Part shown: one piece after another, positions 10,409 through 18,913 of the stretch
Position numbering within the stretch: the stretch's first letter is position 1
How the letters are laid out: every line of letters begins with the position of its first letter
Made by a program: the position numbers and the translations under genes
IMG/VR virus record: IMGVR_UViG_3300038318_000509
Span: 1-44,998 of that record
Direction: 5' to 3' (one strand)
From: a virus
Taxonomy: Duplodnaviria > Caudoviricetes
DNA length: 44,998 bases
Notes under the pieces: model-generated
The model's input: the letters and a program-made list of their open reading frames with translations, nothing else
The model's database searches: none
What the model was told of the DNA's origin: nothing

Positions 10409-10815
10409 AGATTTGCCTGCATTGCCGATAAGTTATTAACTTTGACGATGAGCAAGAATAGTTCAGCCGCTTCATCAAGCCCTAAGTTTTCGATAGCTTG
10501 CCGTTCCAGTCCAGAGCCGACCTGTAGAATTTCAATGATTGCATCCTGAGCAACTTCCAAAAGAGATCCAAGGTTATTAGCTATAAGCACTGCCATATCT
10601 ACTAGATCCAAGTCTTGTGATTCTTCAGCAAACAGAACCTTTGTCTCTTCGCCTTCCATCAAACCTTTTATCGCAGAAGGTAGTTCTTTAAAGGCCCTGC
10701 TCAATTCTGAAGCTTTGCCCAGTGGCAATTTGCGAACCTCATGAATTACCTCGTTGTCGTCCTGGTCATAGTACCGGAAAGGAAGTTTTCGCGGTAGAGA
10801 CTTGCTTTCGCTCAT
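10309..10815 (-). CDS. Tail assembly chaperone (gpG-like)
   Basis: Between major tail and tape measure genes; GGAGG RBS; contains the slippery site. Confidence 0.85.
   Translation of the reverse strand: MSESKSLPRKLPFRYYDQDDNEVIHEVRKLPLGKASELSRAFKELPSAIKGLMEGEETKVLFAEESQDLDLVDMAVLIANNLGSLLEVAQDAIIEILQVGSGLERQAIENLGLDEAAELFLLIVKVNNLSAMQANLKNALSLLSPNWAQRAQKTLAAVNPKKSGSKIQ
10402..10408 (-). other. Programmed -1 ribosomal frameshift site (A AAA AAC)
   Basis: In-frame CTA AAA AAC fits X XXY YYZ; a -1 shift joins the downstream overlapping ORF. Confidence 0.85.
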
Positions 10816-10858
10816 GATTACACCTCCGAGTAATTAGTGAGAATAGGAAAGAGTAGTC

Positions 10859-10886
10859 AAAAGGAGCCCTCGAAAGGAAGGCTCCT
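10859..10886 (-). terminator. Rho-independent terminator-like hairpin after major tail gene
   Basis: AGGAGCCTTC-CTTTC-GAGGGCTCCT followed by TTT. Confidence 0.65.
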
Positions 10887-10911
10887 CGTCTGTACTGCGT
10901 CTTTCTTAAGC

Positions 10912-11490
10912 CTATATTGCAGCTGCCGTTGCGCTATCGTCACCTTGAGACCATACATCACCAGTCTCCTTGACAGGCACACCAGTAAATGTAATCTTGT
11001 AGATCCGTTCTTGCTGAAGTTGGAAAGCAAACTCAAATTCAGCTCTTGGAATAGCATGATAAAGCGTGACGTCTCCATCTTTGATGTCTTTTGTTCGATC
11101 GTCTCTGTCTAAATTCTCGATGGGTCTTAAAGTCAAAGGCTTTGAGTACTTTTTGAAACCCTCGCCGATTTTACCGCCCCAAACGAGCTTCTTTTTAGTC
11201 GGGTCTGTAGCATCAGTAACCAATTTGGCAGCTGGAAAGATAGCTGCGAACTTCTCTAAGGCTCTTTCAGCCATGAATACTTCTGCTGTTGCTGATTCTC
11301 CAACTTTGACCTGGTCCACAGGAGTATTACCTGTTTGGTCATAGGTCGGTCCCCAGAACTCCTCGGCATAGCGGAACATCATGCCGCCTTTGGTGTACTC
11401 CGAAAATCCGAGCTCAATCGGCTCATTTGGGGACACCGCCTCAGGATCCCAAATGGCTATAGCTAAGCCGTATTCGGTTTGTTCATTCAT
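10912..11490 (-). CDS. Major tail (tube) protein
   Basis: LGF..TKGG, DQTGNTPVD, LTLRP, ERIYKITF motifs; position before the chaperones. Confidence 0.85.
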   Translation of the reverse strand: MNEQTEYGLAIAIWDPEAVSPNEPIELGFSEYTKGGMMFRYAEEFWGPTYDQTGNTPVDQVKVGESATAEVFMAERALEKFAAIFPAAKLVTDATDPTKKKLVWGGKIGEGFKKYSKPLTLRPIENLDRDDRTKDIKDGDVTLYHAIPRAEFEFAFQLQQERIYKITFTGVPVKETGDVWSQGDDSATAAAI

Positions 11491-11491
11491 T

Positions 11492-11950
11492 TTAATTCCT
11501 CCTTCGTTTAACAGTCATTGAAATGTTAAGACTTGCGACATGTTCTCCCTCGATTTGGCTTCTTAAGATTAAAGCATCTGAAGTCAACATATCGCCAAAA
11601 AGTAAACGAGGATGCGAGATTGCACCCTCGGGGTGAAGTTTAAGATCTGCTCTATGCAAAAGATATTGAACTCGCTCGGAGCACCGGCCAAGAAGCACAG
11701 TGTTAGCTCGCCCTGCCTCGGTGTCATCGACATAGACGTTGACTGTAGCCGTAGCACGAACTGTATCGGTTTCGCCATCTCTCGGAGCCGACAAGACATG
11801 AATAGTGCAAGATGGGTTCTTGAAACCGGCCACTCGCTTTGGCCCCTTGTCGATGGAGTTGACCAAACCCTTGAAGATGGTATCTGTGTTCAACCTTGCG
11901 AAGATCACACTGAGGATATCATCTGTATTGACTGGATGGAAGTGTATCAT
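11492..11950 (-). CDS. Putative tail terminator/completion protein
   Basis: Size and position immediately upstream of the major tail gene. Confidence 0.65.
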   Translation of the reverse strand: MIHFHPVNTDDILSVIFARLNTDTIFKGLVNSIDKGPKRVAGFKNPSCTIHVLSAPRDGETDTVRATATVNVYVDDTEAGRANTVLLGRCSERVQYLLHRADLKLHPEGAISHPRLLFGDMLTSDALILRSQIEGEHVASLNISMTVKRRRN

Positions 11951-11954
11951 TGTA

Positions 11955-12401
11955 TCACCGCCTTAAGTCCGAAGGCTGGATCCTCAACCTCTGCCGGAAT
12001 ATCTGATTCAAAGCAGGCTCGTAGAAGTCAATTGCTCCCTGCAAAACCCAGTATCCGTCTAGTCTCTCCACATGAATAGCGTACTCCATCCCTGCGTAGA
12101 GATAACCCCAAACGTTATTTCCTTCGTGTTCCAGAACAGGCTTCTCCATTTCACTACGCAGAGTTCTCAGTTCTTCGATTCCTGATTCGGAAGCCTTCCA
12201 TTGCTTCATGTGAGTGAAGTTAATTCCAATACTGTTCCTAAGGTTAGCAGTGTGATCCTCAAAGGGCCCATTGCGCTTGGCATAGTTGCACATCTCACGC
12301 AGAACATATTCCAGCACCTGCTCCATCTTGGCCGTGCCAACATCAACGAGTTTATCCATAGTTCGCATAGCTTCGGTGAATCCCTGAAGTCCCTCGCTCA
12401 T
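11955..12401 (-). CDS. HK97 gp10-like neck/tail completion protein
   Basis: DHTANLRNSI and AGMEYAIHVE motifs. Confidence 0.75.
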   Translation of the reverse strand: MSEGLQGFTEAMRTMDKLVDVGTAKMEQVLEYVLREMCNYAKRNGPFEDHTANLRNSIGINFTHMKQWKASESGIEELRTLRSEMEKPVLEHEGNNVWGYLYAGMEYAIHVERLDGYWVLQGAIDFYEPALNQIFRQRLRIQPSDLRR

Positions 12402-12775
12402 ATCTCCACCGCCTTCAGGTCAATCTCTAGATGAGAACCACGATTAGCAACAAAAACCACAGAGTAGTCTTCGTGAACCCCAGGTATGCCAGCCAATTGA
12501 ACCTCGACGACAGCTCCCACTGGAATTCTTCTCTCAGTCACTGGATGGAACATTACATGAGTGGATTCGTAGACTGTTCCACTTTCAGCAGCTCTCTTAA
12601 TGCCACTTTTTGCCTGGATGTCCACCAATTGATTCTGAGAGTAGTACTCTTTAGACGGAGGGACTTCATTACCCCATTCATCCTGGCCGCCGTCTGTCAT
12701 GACGTAGATGTCTACCTCAAAGGCGTACTCGTCATGAAGATCTGCATCAGCAACCTCGAATCGTTGTGACCTCAC
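12398..12775 (-). CDS. Putative head closure (head-tail joining) protein
   Basis: DEWGN motif and C-terminal SHLEIDL; synteny. Confidence 0.65.
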   Translation of the reverse strand: MRSQRFEVADADLHDEYAFEVDIYVMTDGGQDEWGNEVPPSKEYYSQNQLVDIQAKSGIKRAAESGTVYESTHVMFHPVTERRIPVGAVVEVQLAGIPGVHEDYSVVFVANRGSHLEIDLKAVEI

Positions 12776-13095
12776 CAGAAATCAGTCCTTTCCAGTGTAC
12801 CCACGATAATCCCGCCACCATGGGCCTTTTCTCGAAGCGCAGAAGCACGCCGCCGGATCTCATCTGCTGACGTTCTTGTTCCAGATACACTGCCTCTCGA
12901 GAACGAGGACAGTCTGGCAGGGTCACCAGCGATTGTTTCGAGGGCTTCAGCCGCGGCCAGGAGCGGACTGTCTTCAGCATTTTTGAGCAGGAACGCTATC
13001 TCGCCATCACTGAAAATCGGATTGTTTGTATCGGTGTCTGGAATGTGAAAACGCACCTGGCCGACGGGTGTCTCTAGATCATAGGTGGCACTCAT
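12772..13095 (-). CDS. Head-tail adaptor/connector protein
   Basis: GQVRFHIPDTD..IFSDGEIAFLL..AAAEALETIA pattern; synteny. Confidence 0.75.
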   Translation of the reverse strand: MSATYDLETPVGQVRFHIPDTDTNNPIFSDGEIAFLLKNAEDSPLLAAAEALETIAGDPARLSSFSRGSVSGTRTSADEIRRRASALREKAHGGGIIVGTLERTDFW

Positions 13096-13433
13096 TTTGT
13101 CTTCCCTTGACCTTTTTTATCACTTGGAGGATCTTCGGGTTCGGGTTCTACAGGTGGATCACTCGGATCTGGTTCGCTTCCGGGTGGAGCTGGTTCGCCG
13201 CTTGGAGGGTCAGGGTCTTTGCCTTCTCCCCCAGGCTCTTTTGGCGGTGGGGGAGGGTCAATCGGTGGCGGTGAAGCCGGTCCTTTGACCAGCTCCTCGA
13301 CTCTCACAACACCCAGCTCTACCAAACGCTCCAACTCGTCTTTCTTAAGCCCAGGGATAGTATCCCCGGGCCTGTAGTTCTTGCGATTGTGCCGCACATG
13401 GGCTAGTGCCTTTACACTTATCGTACTAGACAT
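13092..13433 (-). CDS. Small head-associated protein with Pro-rich C-terminal tail (113 aa)
   Basis: Start moved to the ATG at 13433 (GGAGG RBS at 13441-13445). N-terminal VRHNRKNYRPGDTI domain, then P/E/D-rich low complexity. Confidence 0.7.
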   Translation of the reverse strand: MSSTISVKALAHVRHNRKNYRPGDTIPGLKKDELERLVELGVVRVEELVKGPASPPPIDPPPPPKEPGGEGKDPDPPSGEPAPPGSEPDPSDPPVEPEPEDPPSDKKGQGKTK

Positions 13434-13471
13434 ACTGGCACCTCCTTGGTATGGTGTTTCCCGAGCCACTG

Positions 13472-14530
13472 CTAAAGGACAGTAGCCTGGAACACCGAAT
13501 CGGCCATTGGGAAGGTAGGAATGGCGCTGAGTGCTGCCTTCGTCCAAATCATAGGCGGCTCATTTTCTTGGTAGACAGAAGCATAAACACCGGCCATTTC
13601 TTTGGCATCAACTTCCACGTCAAGCATGGCTTCTTCAGTCGGACCAACCAAAGTATCACCAAGCTTGCCCTCTGGTATCATCACCAGCTTACTCTCTGGC
13701 CAGAAACGCATGGTCTCATAAGTTCCATCCGCTTTCTGAGCACGAACCCTGACATCATAGGTGGAGATCTGTGGTAGATCCATGGTTCTTAGGATCTCGT
13801 TGAGGTGAGACAGGCTAATGGCTCTCGAACCACCCTGATCACCGTACGTTAACTGGCGAATCTCCTTGTTGTACAGTAGATGAGAAACAACTTTGGAGCT
13901 GGTCCAAATTCGTGCTGGAGCAATCCCGACATCATCAAGAAGCTTATCTCTCCAACGCTGTAGGTCTTGAATGGGAGTTGCCTTTTCATAGTTGCTCCAC
14001 AAAGAGTCACCAGACAGAACTTGTTGGTGGGCAGAGGGGACCTTGTAATCCACGGTCATTACCACACCATTTTCAGCAAGCACAATCTTCCCAGACGTTA
14101 CGGCATCAATCTTCATTTTTTCGGCTCTGGCAAGGCAGGCATCGGTCATATTGTCCATGTCGTTGTAGATAGTGTCACGGACAAAGTCGATATCGCCCAC
14201 ACCTTCACGGCGAAGTGCAATCAGAGCCCGACCAGTGAGGTTAATTTTCCTCTTAATGGTCGGAATCTCACCAGCGACCTTCTCGTGACCTTCCCGGCTA
14301 GCGATCTGTGCTTCAGCTCCGAAAGCTTGTACATTCGCCATTACAGGGAGAAGATGAAGGTCTTTCCAATAGTCGAACGAAAGTTCGTTGGTTGTAACGC
14401 TAGGAAAGAGCTCAGCTCCGCGATAGGCAAGCGGGTCCTCCTTGAGGTTGGCTTCTTTCAAAGCCGCCCGTTGTCTAGCGTAGTCGATGGTAAACTGTCT
14501 AGCGAACTCTCTCAAGATGTTGTTAGGCAC
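13472..14530 (-). CDS. Major capsid protein (lambda gpE / Phage_cap_E-like)
   Basis: 352 aa. ELFP, GEIPTIKRK, ARAEKM, VDYKVP, PIQDL and C-terminal WTKA..AIPTFP motifs. Confidence 0.9.
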   Translation of the reverse strand: MPNNILREFARQFTIDYARQRAALKEANLKEDPLAYRGAELFPSVTTNELSFDYWKDLHLLPVMANVQAFGAEAQIASREGHEKVAGEIPTIKRKINLTGRALIALRREGVGDIDFVRDTIYNDMDNMTDACLARAEKMKIDAVTSGKIVLAENGVVMTVDYKVPSAHQQVLSGDSLWSNYEKATPIQDLQRWRDKLLDDVGIAPARIWTSSKVVSHLLYNKEIRQLTYGDQGGSRAISLSHLNEILRTMDLPQISTYDVRVRAQKADGTYETMRFWPESKLVMIPEGKLGDTLVGPTEEAMLDVEVDAKEMAGVYASVYQENEPPMIWTKAALSAIPTFPMADSVFQATVL

Positions 14531-14554
14531 TAGATATCATCCTTTCTGATAGTG

Positions 14555-14578
14555 AAAAGCACCCCAGCTTTGGAGTGC
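14555..14578 (-). terminator. Hairpin plus U-run between decoration and capsid genes
   Basis: GCACTCCA-AAGC-TGGGGTGC-TTTT. Confidence 0.5.
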
Positions 14579-14974
14579 CTACACAAAGGTAATGTTGTTC
14601 AGTTGTTGCTTAAGGTCCGAAGTCACTTCGACGGGCAACCGGGCAGTTAAGACTCTGGCCCAGTCAAAGGCCGTTGCGACCTGGTCACCGAAGCCGTAAC
14701 CGTTCCCTAGACTAAAATCTACAGTTTCACCAAGCATCAAGACGGCAGTTTCACGGCCATCAGTAGCTTCGGAATCATATGGCCCATATTTGCCACTTGC
14801 AGTAATCTTGCCAAGTGGAGTACCGATTTTGAGTTCCTTGCGACCGTTTTCATCTGGTTCGACCAGAGTATGATCCAGGGTCACTCCACCAGTGACCCAG
14901 CGGATCTTCTCACTGTCAAAGATGTTGATTTGCTCACCGTACTTTTTGCCTCTTTGTTCAAGGTTATAAGCCAT
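14579..14974 (-). CDS. Head decoration protein (gpD-like)
   Basis: GTPLGKITASGKYGPYD..ATDGRETAV motif; precedes the MCP gene. Confidence 0.85.
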   Translation of the reverse strand: MAYNLEQRGKKYGEQINIFDSEKIRWVTGGVTLDHTLVEPDENGRKELKIGTPLGKITASGKYGPYDSEATDGRETAVLMLGETVDFSLGNGYGFGDQVATAFDWARVLTARLPVEVTSDLKQQLNNITFV

Positions 14975-15012
14975 TCGTATTCATCCTTTCGTTATGTGAT
15001 CAAACGCAATAC

Positions 15013-15795
15013 CTACTGCTTTTGACCGCCCATTACCTGAGCAACAGCTGCAGCAACTGCAGTAGCTATGGCCGTGGTGTCTGCAGAGCTGCTGTTGATA
15101 CCTAGACGTTGAGCAGCCATTTGGCTGGCTTTCGCTTTGGCTTGGGCCCCTTCATCGCCGCCACCGCCCCTCGCTGGATTGCCGCCAGCAGGAGACACAG
15201 TTCCTGCTCCAGACTTGACTAGGTAAGGCTTGGCCTTAACCAGGGCTTCAACAACCTCTTTGACGCCCTCAACTGTACCATCGTCCTTAACGGTGACATC
15301 AGACAAGTCAGCCAATCTGAAAGCATCTTCCACATCCACCAAATTGGCAGTAGCTGCATGAGCGACAAACGAGGCTTTTATATAAGCCTGCTTAGCCCGC
15401 TCTTCGGCTTGGGCTGCTTTAGCCTCAGCTGCTTGTTTGGCTTCCTGCTCTTTTTGAAGATCGGACTTCTCCTTGTCCTTGGCTGCTTGATATGCTTTAG
15501 CCGCGGCCTCCATGGCTGCATAGGACTCGTAACCCAAGGCCTTGGCTTGATCTTCAAGAGCTTTCTTGGCAGCTGTGTTATTGGCCCGACTTAGCCGTTC
15601 AGCAATAATTCGATCCACCTCAGCCTGTTGCTCTGGGCTAAACGTCACTCTGTTTGTTCCGCCTTTATCCCTAGCGTCAGGGTCATCTCCACCTGCACCC
15701 CCGGCGTCAGGGTCGCCTTCTCCAGCAAATAGCTGTAGGTTCATTTTCTTTCGTTCATCCGGCCTTTCAAGTAGAAAACGTTTTGTCGTAGGCAT
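15013..15795 (-). CDS. Capsid scaffolding protein with N-terminal NLQLFA motif
   Basis: Start moved to the ATG at 15795 (GGAGGT RBS). MNLQLFA|GEGD, FSPEQQ..I.ERL, charged coiled coil, KAKPYL. Confidence 0.85.
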   Translation of the reverse strand: MPTTKRFLLERPDERKKMNLQLFAGEGDPDAGGAGGDDPDARDKGGTNRVTFSPEQQAEVDRIIAERLSRANNTAAKKALEDQAKALGYESYAAMEAAAKAYQAAKDKEKSDLQKEQEAKQAAEAKAAQAEERAKQAYIKASFVAHAATANLVDVEDAFRLADLSDVTVKDDGTVEGVKEVVEALVKAKPYLVKSGAGTVSPAGGNPARGGGGDEGAQAKAKASQMAAQRLGINSSSADTTAIATAVAAAVAQVMGGQKQ

Positions 15796-15874
15796 ATTAA
15801 ACCTCCATTTTAAGCCTGTCGGCTGATTCCGCAAGAGTTTACTGCCATCATGCGTTTTGGGCATAAGAAAAACA

Positions 15875-16555
15875 CTATCTGATAAGAGATCGTGCTGCAT
15901 TGTGCTGTAATTCGGTTAGTATTTCTGCGCTGAGCAACCCCACAGTCATGTCGTTATGGGCAATCAAAAGCGATTCTAATTGCTCGGGTGGAGCTAATAC
16001 ATCGGTGTTAAAACACATCCCTTGGGGATGGTCGTCAGGAACATTGTCCTTTGGAAACACACCAGGTCCAAGGTCACTATGATTATGTTTAGCCCGATAG
16101 TCACATATTTCCGGGTATCCCATGTACTCAGCACTAGCTGGCCAGCTTGTCGGGTGACTGGCAGATAGGTTCCATTGAATCCCCACAACTAAAGGGCTGT
16201 TCATGGCCTGCAATTTATGGGCTTGCCTGTAGGCCTGATTGATCTCGGTCCTGGCCAGTCTCAAAGCATTATAGGCCAAACTACCCCTACCGGTAACACT
16301 TGGTTTGATGCCTGTAGTCCACGCAGGACCAGGCTTCAACAAAAAATCCCGAACGGATCGGGACAACTCTACCGCTGAGACACCTTGAGATATGGCAGCG
16401 TTGACACGTCCTAAGATTTCACGTTCGGAAATGGCTGCTAGATTCCAGATACGATCTGCTAGTTGATAGCCGTCTCTATGGCGGCGCTTGAAGACAATGT
16501 CGCGGAGAGACCGGGCAAGACCAGTACTGTATTGGGTGCTAAGTATCCATGGCAC
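15875..16555 (-). CDS. Minor head/morphogenesis protein (Mu gpF / SPP1 gp7-like), apparently C-terminal part only
   Basis: LADRIW, ALRLARTEINQAY, WNLSASH...ICD...GPGVF...HPQGMC motifs. Confidence 0.8.
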   Translation of the reverse strand: MPWILSTQYSTGLARSLRDIVFKRRHRDGYQLADRIWNLAAISEREILGRVNAAISQGVSAVELSRSVRDFLLKPGPAWTTGIKPSVTGRGSLAYNALRLARTEINQAYRQAHKLQAMNSPLVVGIQWNLSASHPTSWPASAEYMGYPEICDYRAKHNHSDLGPGVFPKDNVPDDHPQGMCFNTDVLAPPEQLESLLIAHNDMTVGLLSAEILTELQHNAARSLIR

Positions 16556-16695
16556 TCGATCACCTCTTCCTTAGAAATATCAATGATGTTCGCCAAAATT
16601 GACCTTTTTTAGATTATTCAAGGAGTCTGTACTATCTAGGAAGAATATGGAACCTGATCCTGTGTCCATCCCAGTTCAAGATTACACGGAGGTAT

Positions 16696-16920
16696 GTGAT
16701 GGCAAAGAAAAAGCCAAGACTAGAAGTCACCAGTGAATCACCCACTGGATTGAACAAGCGTTTTCTAGACACTCAAACTGGCAAAGAACTTACTCGAGGT
16801 CAGCTTGCCGACGCGATTGAAAGAGGCGAGTACCCTGGTTACCATGTAATGGTTGACCTGGAAAATCGGCGTATTCCAAGGTCAAACCCCGACAGGTCAA
16901 AGGCTAACAACCTAGACTAA
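16696..16920 (+). CDS. Small DUF3892-like protein, antisense to the late operon
   Basis: GGAGGT RBS; C-terminal RSNPD.SKANNLD motif recalled from DUF3892-type proteins. Confidence 0.7.
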   Translation: MMAKKKPRLEVTSESPTGLNKRFLDTQTGKELTRGQLADAIERGEYPGYHVMVDLENRRIPRSNPDRSKANNLD

Positions 16921-17067
16921 ACGCTCTTCTCTGGATGGCGCAGGATCCACTACGATGACGTACTCCTCCTTGGTTATAATCTCTTTGTCACTAATAACAG
17001 CGATTAGTTCGTCCGTCCCTCTTACTTTGATGATAATTTGATCGAAGTGTTCACCGTTAATTATCAA
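16912..17067 (-). CDS. Small hypothetical protein (51 aa, MIINGEHFDQIIIKVRGTDELIAVISDKEII...)
   Basis: Not in the ORF track; translated by hand. TTG start with AGGGGG RBS; convergent overlap with the DUF3892-like gene. Confidence 0.6.
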   Translation of the reverse strand: MIINGEHFDQIIIKVRGTDELIAVISDKEIITKEEYVIVVDPAPSREERLV

Positions 17068-17473
17068 CCAAGTCCCCCCTTTCCGTATCCGAAATAAGCT
17101 TCATAACTCTCTTAGCGTCCTTCTCAGGCATCGTCTCTAAAGCCTTCTGAACATATAAGAGCTGGGTCTTACGCTCAGCCTCTAGTCCTTGCTCTGCAGC
17201 ATGTTCGGCGGATTTACGAATGATGCTCTCTAATTCACCTGCAAACCAGATGCAAGTATTGCGAACTTCTAATTCGACCTTGGACTTGGCCGAAGCGGGA
17301 ATAACCCCATCAGCTCCTTGAGAATGACGAGTGAAGATTGCAACTAACTTAGCATCAAACTCATCCAGTAGATCGTAAATGGTCTTCTCTGCACCTTGTT
17401 CATCGCTGAGAAACTGGACCCTGGAAGCTTGAGACATTTTGGTGGGGAGTTCTTGCCATAGAGGATTAGACAT
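17057..17473 (-). CDS. Hypothetical helical protein (138 aa), possible N-terminal part of the minor head protein
   Basis: ATG at 17473 with GGAGG RBS overlapping the portal stop; sits where a gpF-like gene normally starts. Confidence 0.65.
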   Translation of the reverse strand: MSNPLWQELPTKMSQASRVQFLSDEQGAEKTIYDLLDEFDAKLVAIFTRHSQGADGVIPASAKSKVELEVRNTCIWFAGELESIIRKSAEHAAEQGLEAERKTQLLYVQKALETMPEKDAKRVMKLISDTERGDLVDN

Positions 17474-18887
17474 TATCATCCTCCGCCCCGGTTGGCCCAG
17501 CATCACGGCCAGGGGAAACGCCTCCCAACAACTGACGTTCCAGCTCCTCCATATCAAAGTACGACCTCTGACTATGTGTCCTTTCAAGCTGCTTGTCCAG
17601 ATCAGTGTCAATTTCGGCTTCGCGCTGAGCCATCTCTTCATCGCTGAGCCCTTGTCGTCTCCAAAACTCCTTACGACTGGCTAGTCCCATGTTGGCTTCT
17701 ATCTGCCAAATATTCATCGTTTGCAGTTCATCGTCCGGCAAGATTGGTTCGTAGACAATAGCGTTTTTAAACTCTTCAAGCGGTGTAGAGCTACGGCGCA
17801 TCGCTCGGAGGGCCAGAGAATTTATCCACTCGAGTCCATTAGCGTAGTTGCCTCTCAACTCTTGGATTTTGGCAATGAGTTCGGCCGCATGCAAACTAAC
17901 AGCATAGCCAGACAGGCCCGATTGCTCACGGATCTTACTCAGTGTGAGCTCGGGCAACTGATCCTGAATGTTGTTGGTAACTTCCCTTACATGTTCCAGA
18001 ATGTGAGGAAGAACAACGCCTTGATACTCCAGTATTTCTAGGTTAGCCTCAATATTGGGCATGTAGTAAACGTTGTCCTCATTTAGCCCCTTGCGTATGA
18101 TCGGTTTGGTTCCGGGTTGCATTCCTCTAGCTATCAGAGTTGGATCTGCATACCGTAACAAGATCCGGTTCGAGAAGCTGGCCAGCTCATTCACTTCATC
18201 AATTTGCGACTGGACATTATGCCAGCTATTGAGGCCATACGCCTCGCCAATGTCGAGATTTTTGATATGAACTACAGGCACCTCTCCAAATGGATGTGGT
18301 TGCGGGTATCCTTCGTCCATCTTCTGATCGGTATATCTCTCAATCCTATCGGGCCAATAGATCCAGTCCCTGGTGTGTGATCGGCCACGATCATCAAAGA
18401 AAATGTAGGACTGCTTTGCCCATTGTACCTGGTTCTGGTCATCGGGGTCTTTTTGAACGGTCATATCTTCAGAGTTGGCCACAATGATCCGGGGAATGAC
18501 TTGGGCATCGCTACCTAGATTTTGGAGGATTAGAAATGCGTCTCCAGTGTTAGCGCCGTACCTAACCAGCTTGTATTTCTCCGCCTGGAGATTGCTCCGT
18601 TCCCATATCTCTAAAATGTCAGTTTCAAACTGCGGTTCAGCATCAACAGCAAGCTTTTGTTTCATCACAAATCGGGCGTCTGTGTCAACGCACTGGGTCA
18701 CACAATCGAACACTCTACGGAGGTGCTTAAATAGCTTTCGTTCCTTGGCGTAGTCCTTGCCCAGCTCAGATAAGTACTGTTGCCCTTTGTAATAGAGCCA
18801 GTTCAGTTGATACCTCTTAAATCGTTCTTGATCGGATTCTCGCAAATCTAGAATCGACCGATTAACTGCGTTAGATACTGTGAACAA
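17466..18887 (-). CDS. Portal protein (SPP1 gp6-like)
   Basis: 473 aa after TerL; YYKGQQ, GDAFL, PHPFGEVPVVHIKN, LSGYA motifs. Confidence 0.9.
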   Translation of the reverse strand: MFTVSNAVNRSILDLRESDQERFKRYQLNWLYYKGQQYLSELGKDYAKERKLFKHLRRVFDCVTQCVDTDARFVMKQKLAVDAEPQFETDILEIWERSNLQAEKYKLVRYGANTGDAFLILQNLGSDAQVIPRIIVANSEDMTVQKDPDDQNQVQWAKQSYIFFDDRGRSHTRDWIYWPDRIERYTDQKMDEGYPQPHPFGEVPVVHIKNLDIGEAYGLNSWHNVQSQIDEVNELASFSNRILLRYADPTLIARGMQPGTKPIIRKGLNEDNVYYMPNIEANLEILEYQGVVLPHILEHVREVTNNIQDQLPELTLSKIREQSGLSGYAVSLHAAELIAKIQELRGNYANGLEWINSLALRAMRRSSTPLEEFKNAIVYEPILPDDELQTMNIWQIEANMGLASRKEFWRRQGLSDEEMAQREAEIDTDLDKQLERTHSQRSYFDMEELERQLLGGVSPGRDAGPTGAEDDNV

Positions 18888-18913
18888 ACAGAATCACCTC
18901 CAACTATATTGAC

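Noticed and set aside
56-15826. Many plus-strand ORFs of 60-190 aa opposite the structural genes (e.g. 8062..8619, 13967..14533)
   Set aside because: They are antisense shadows of well-supported minus-strand genes, with no RBS or motif support.
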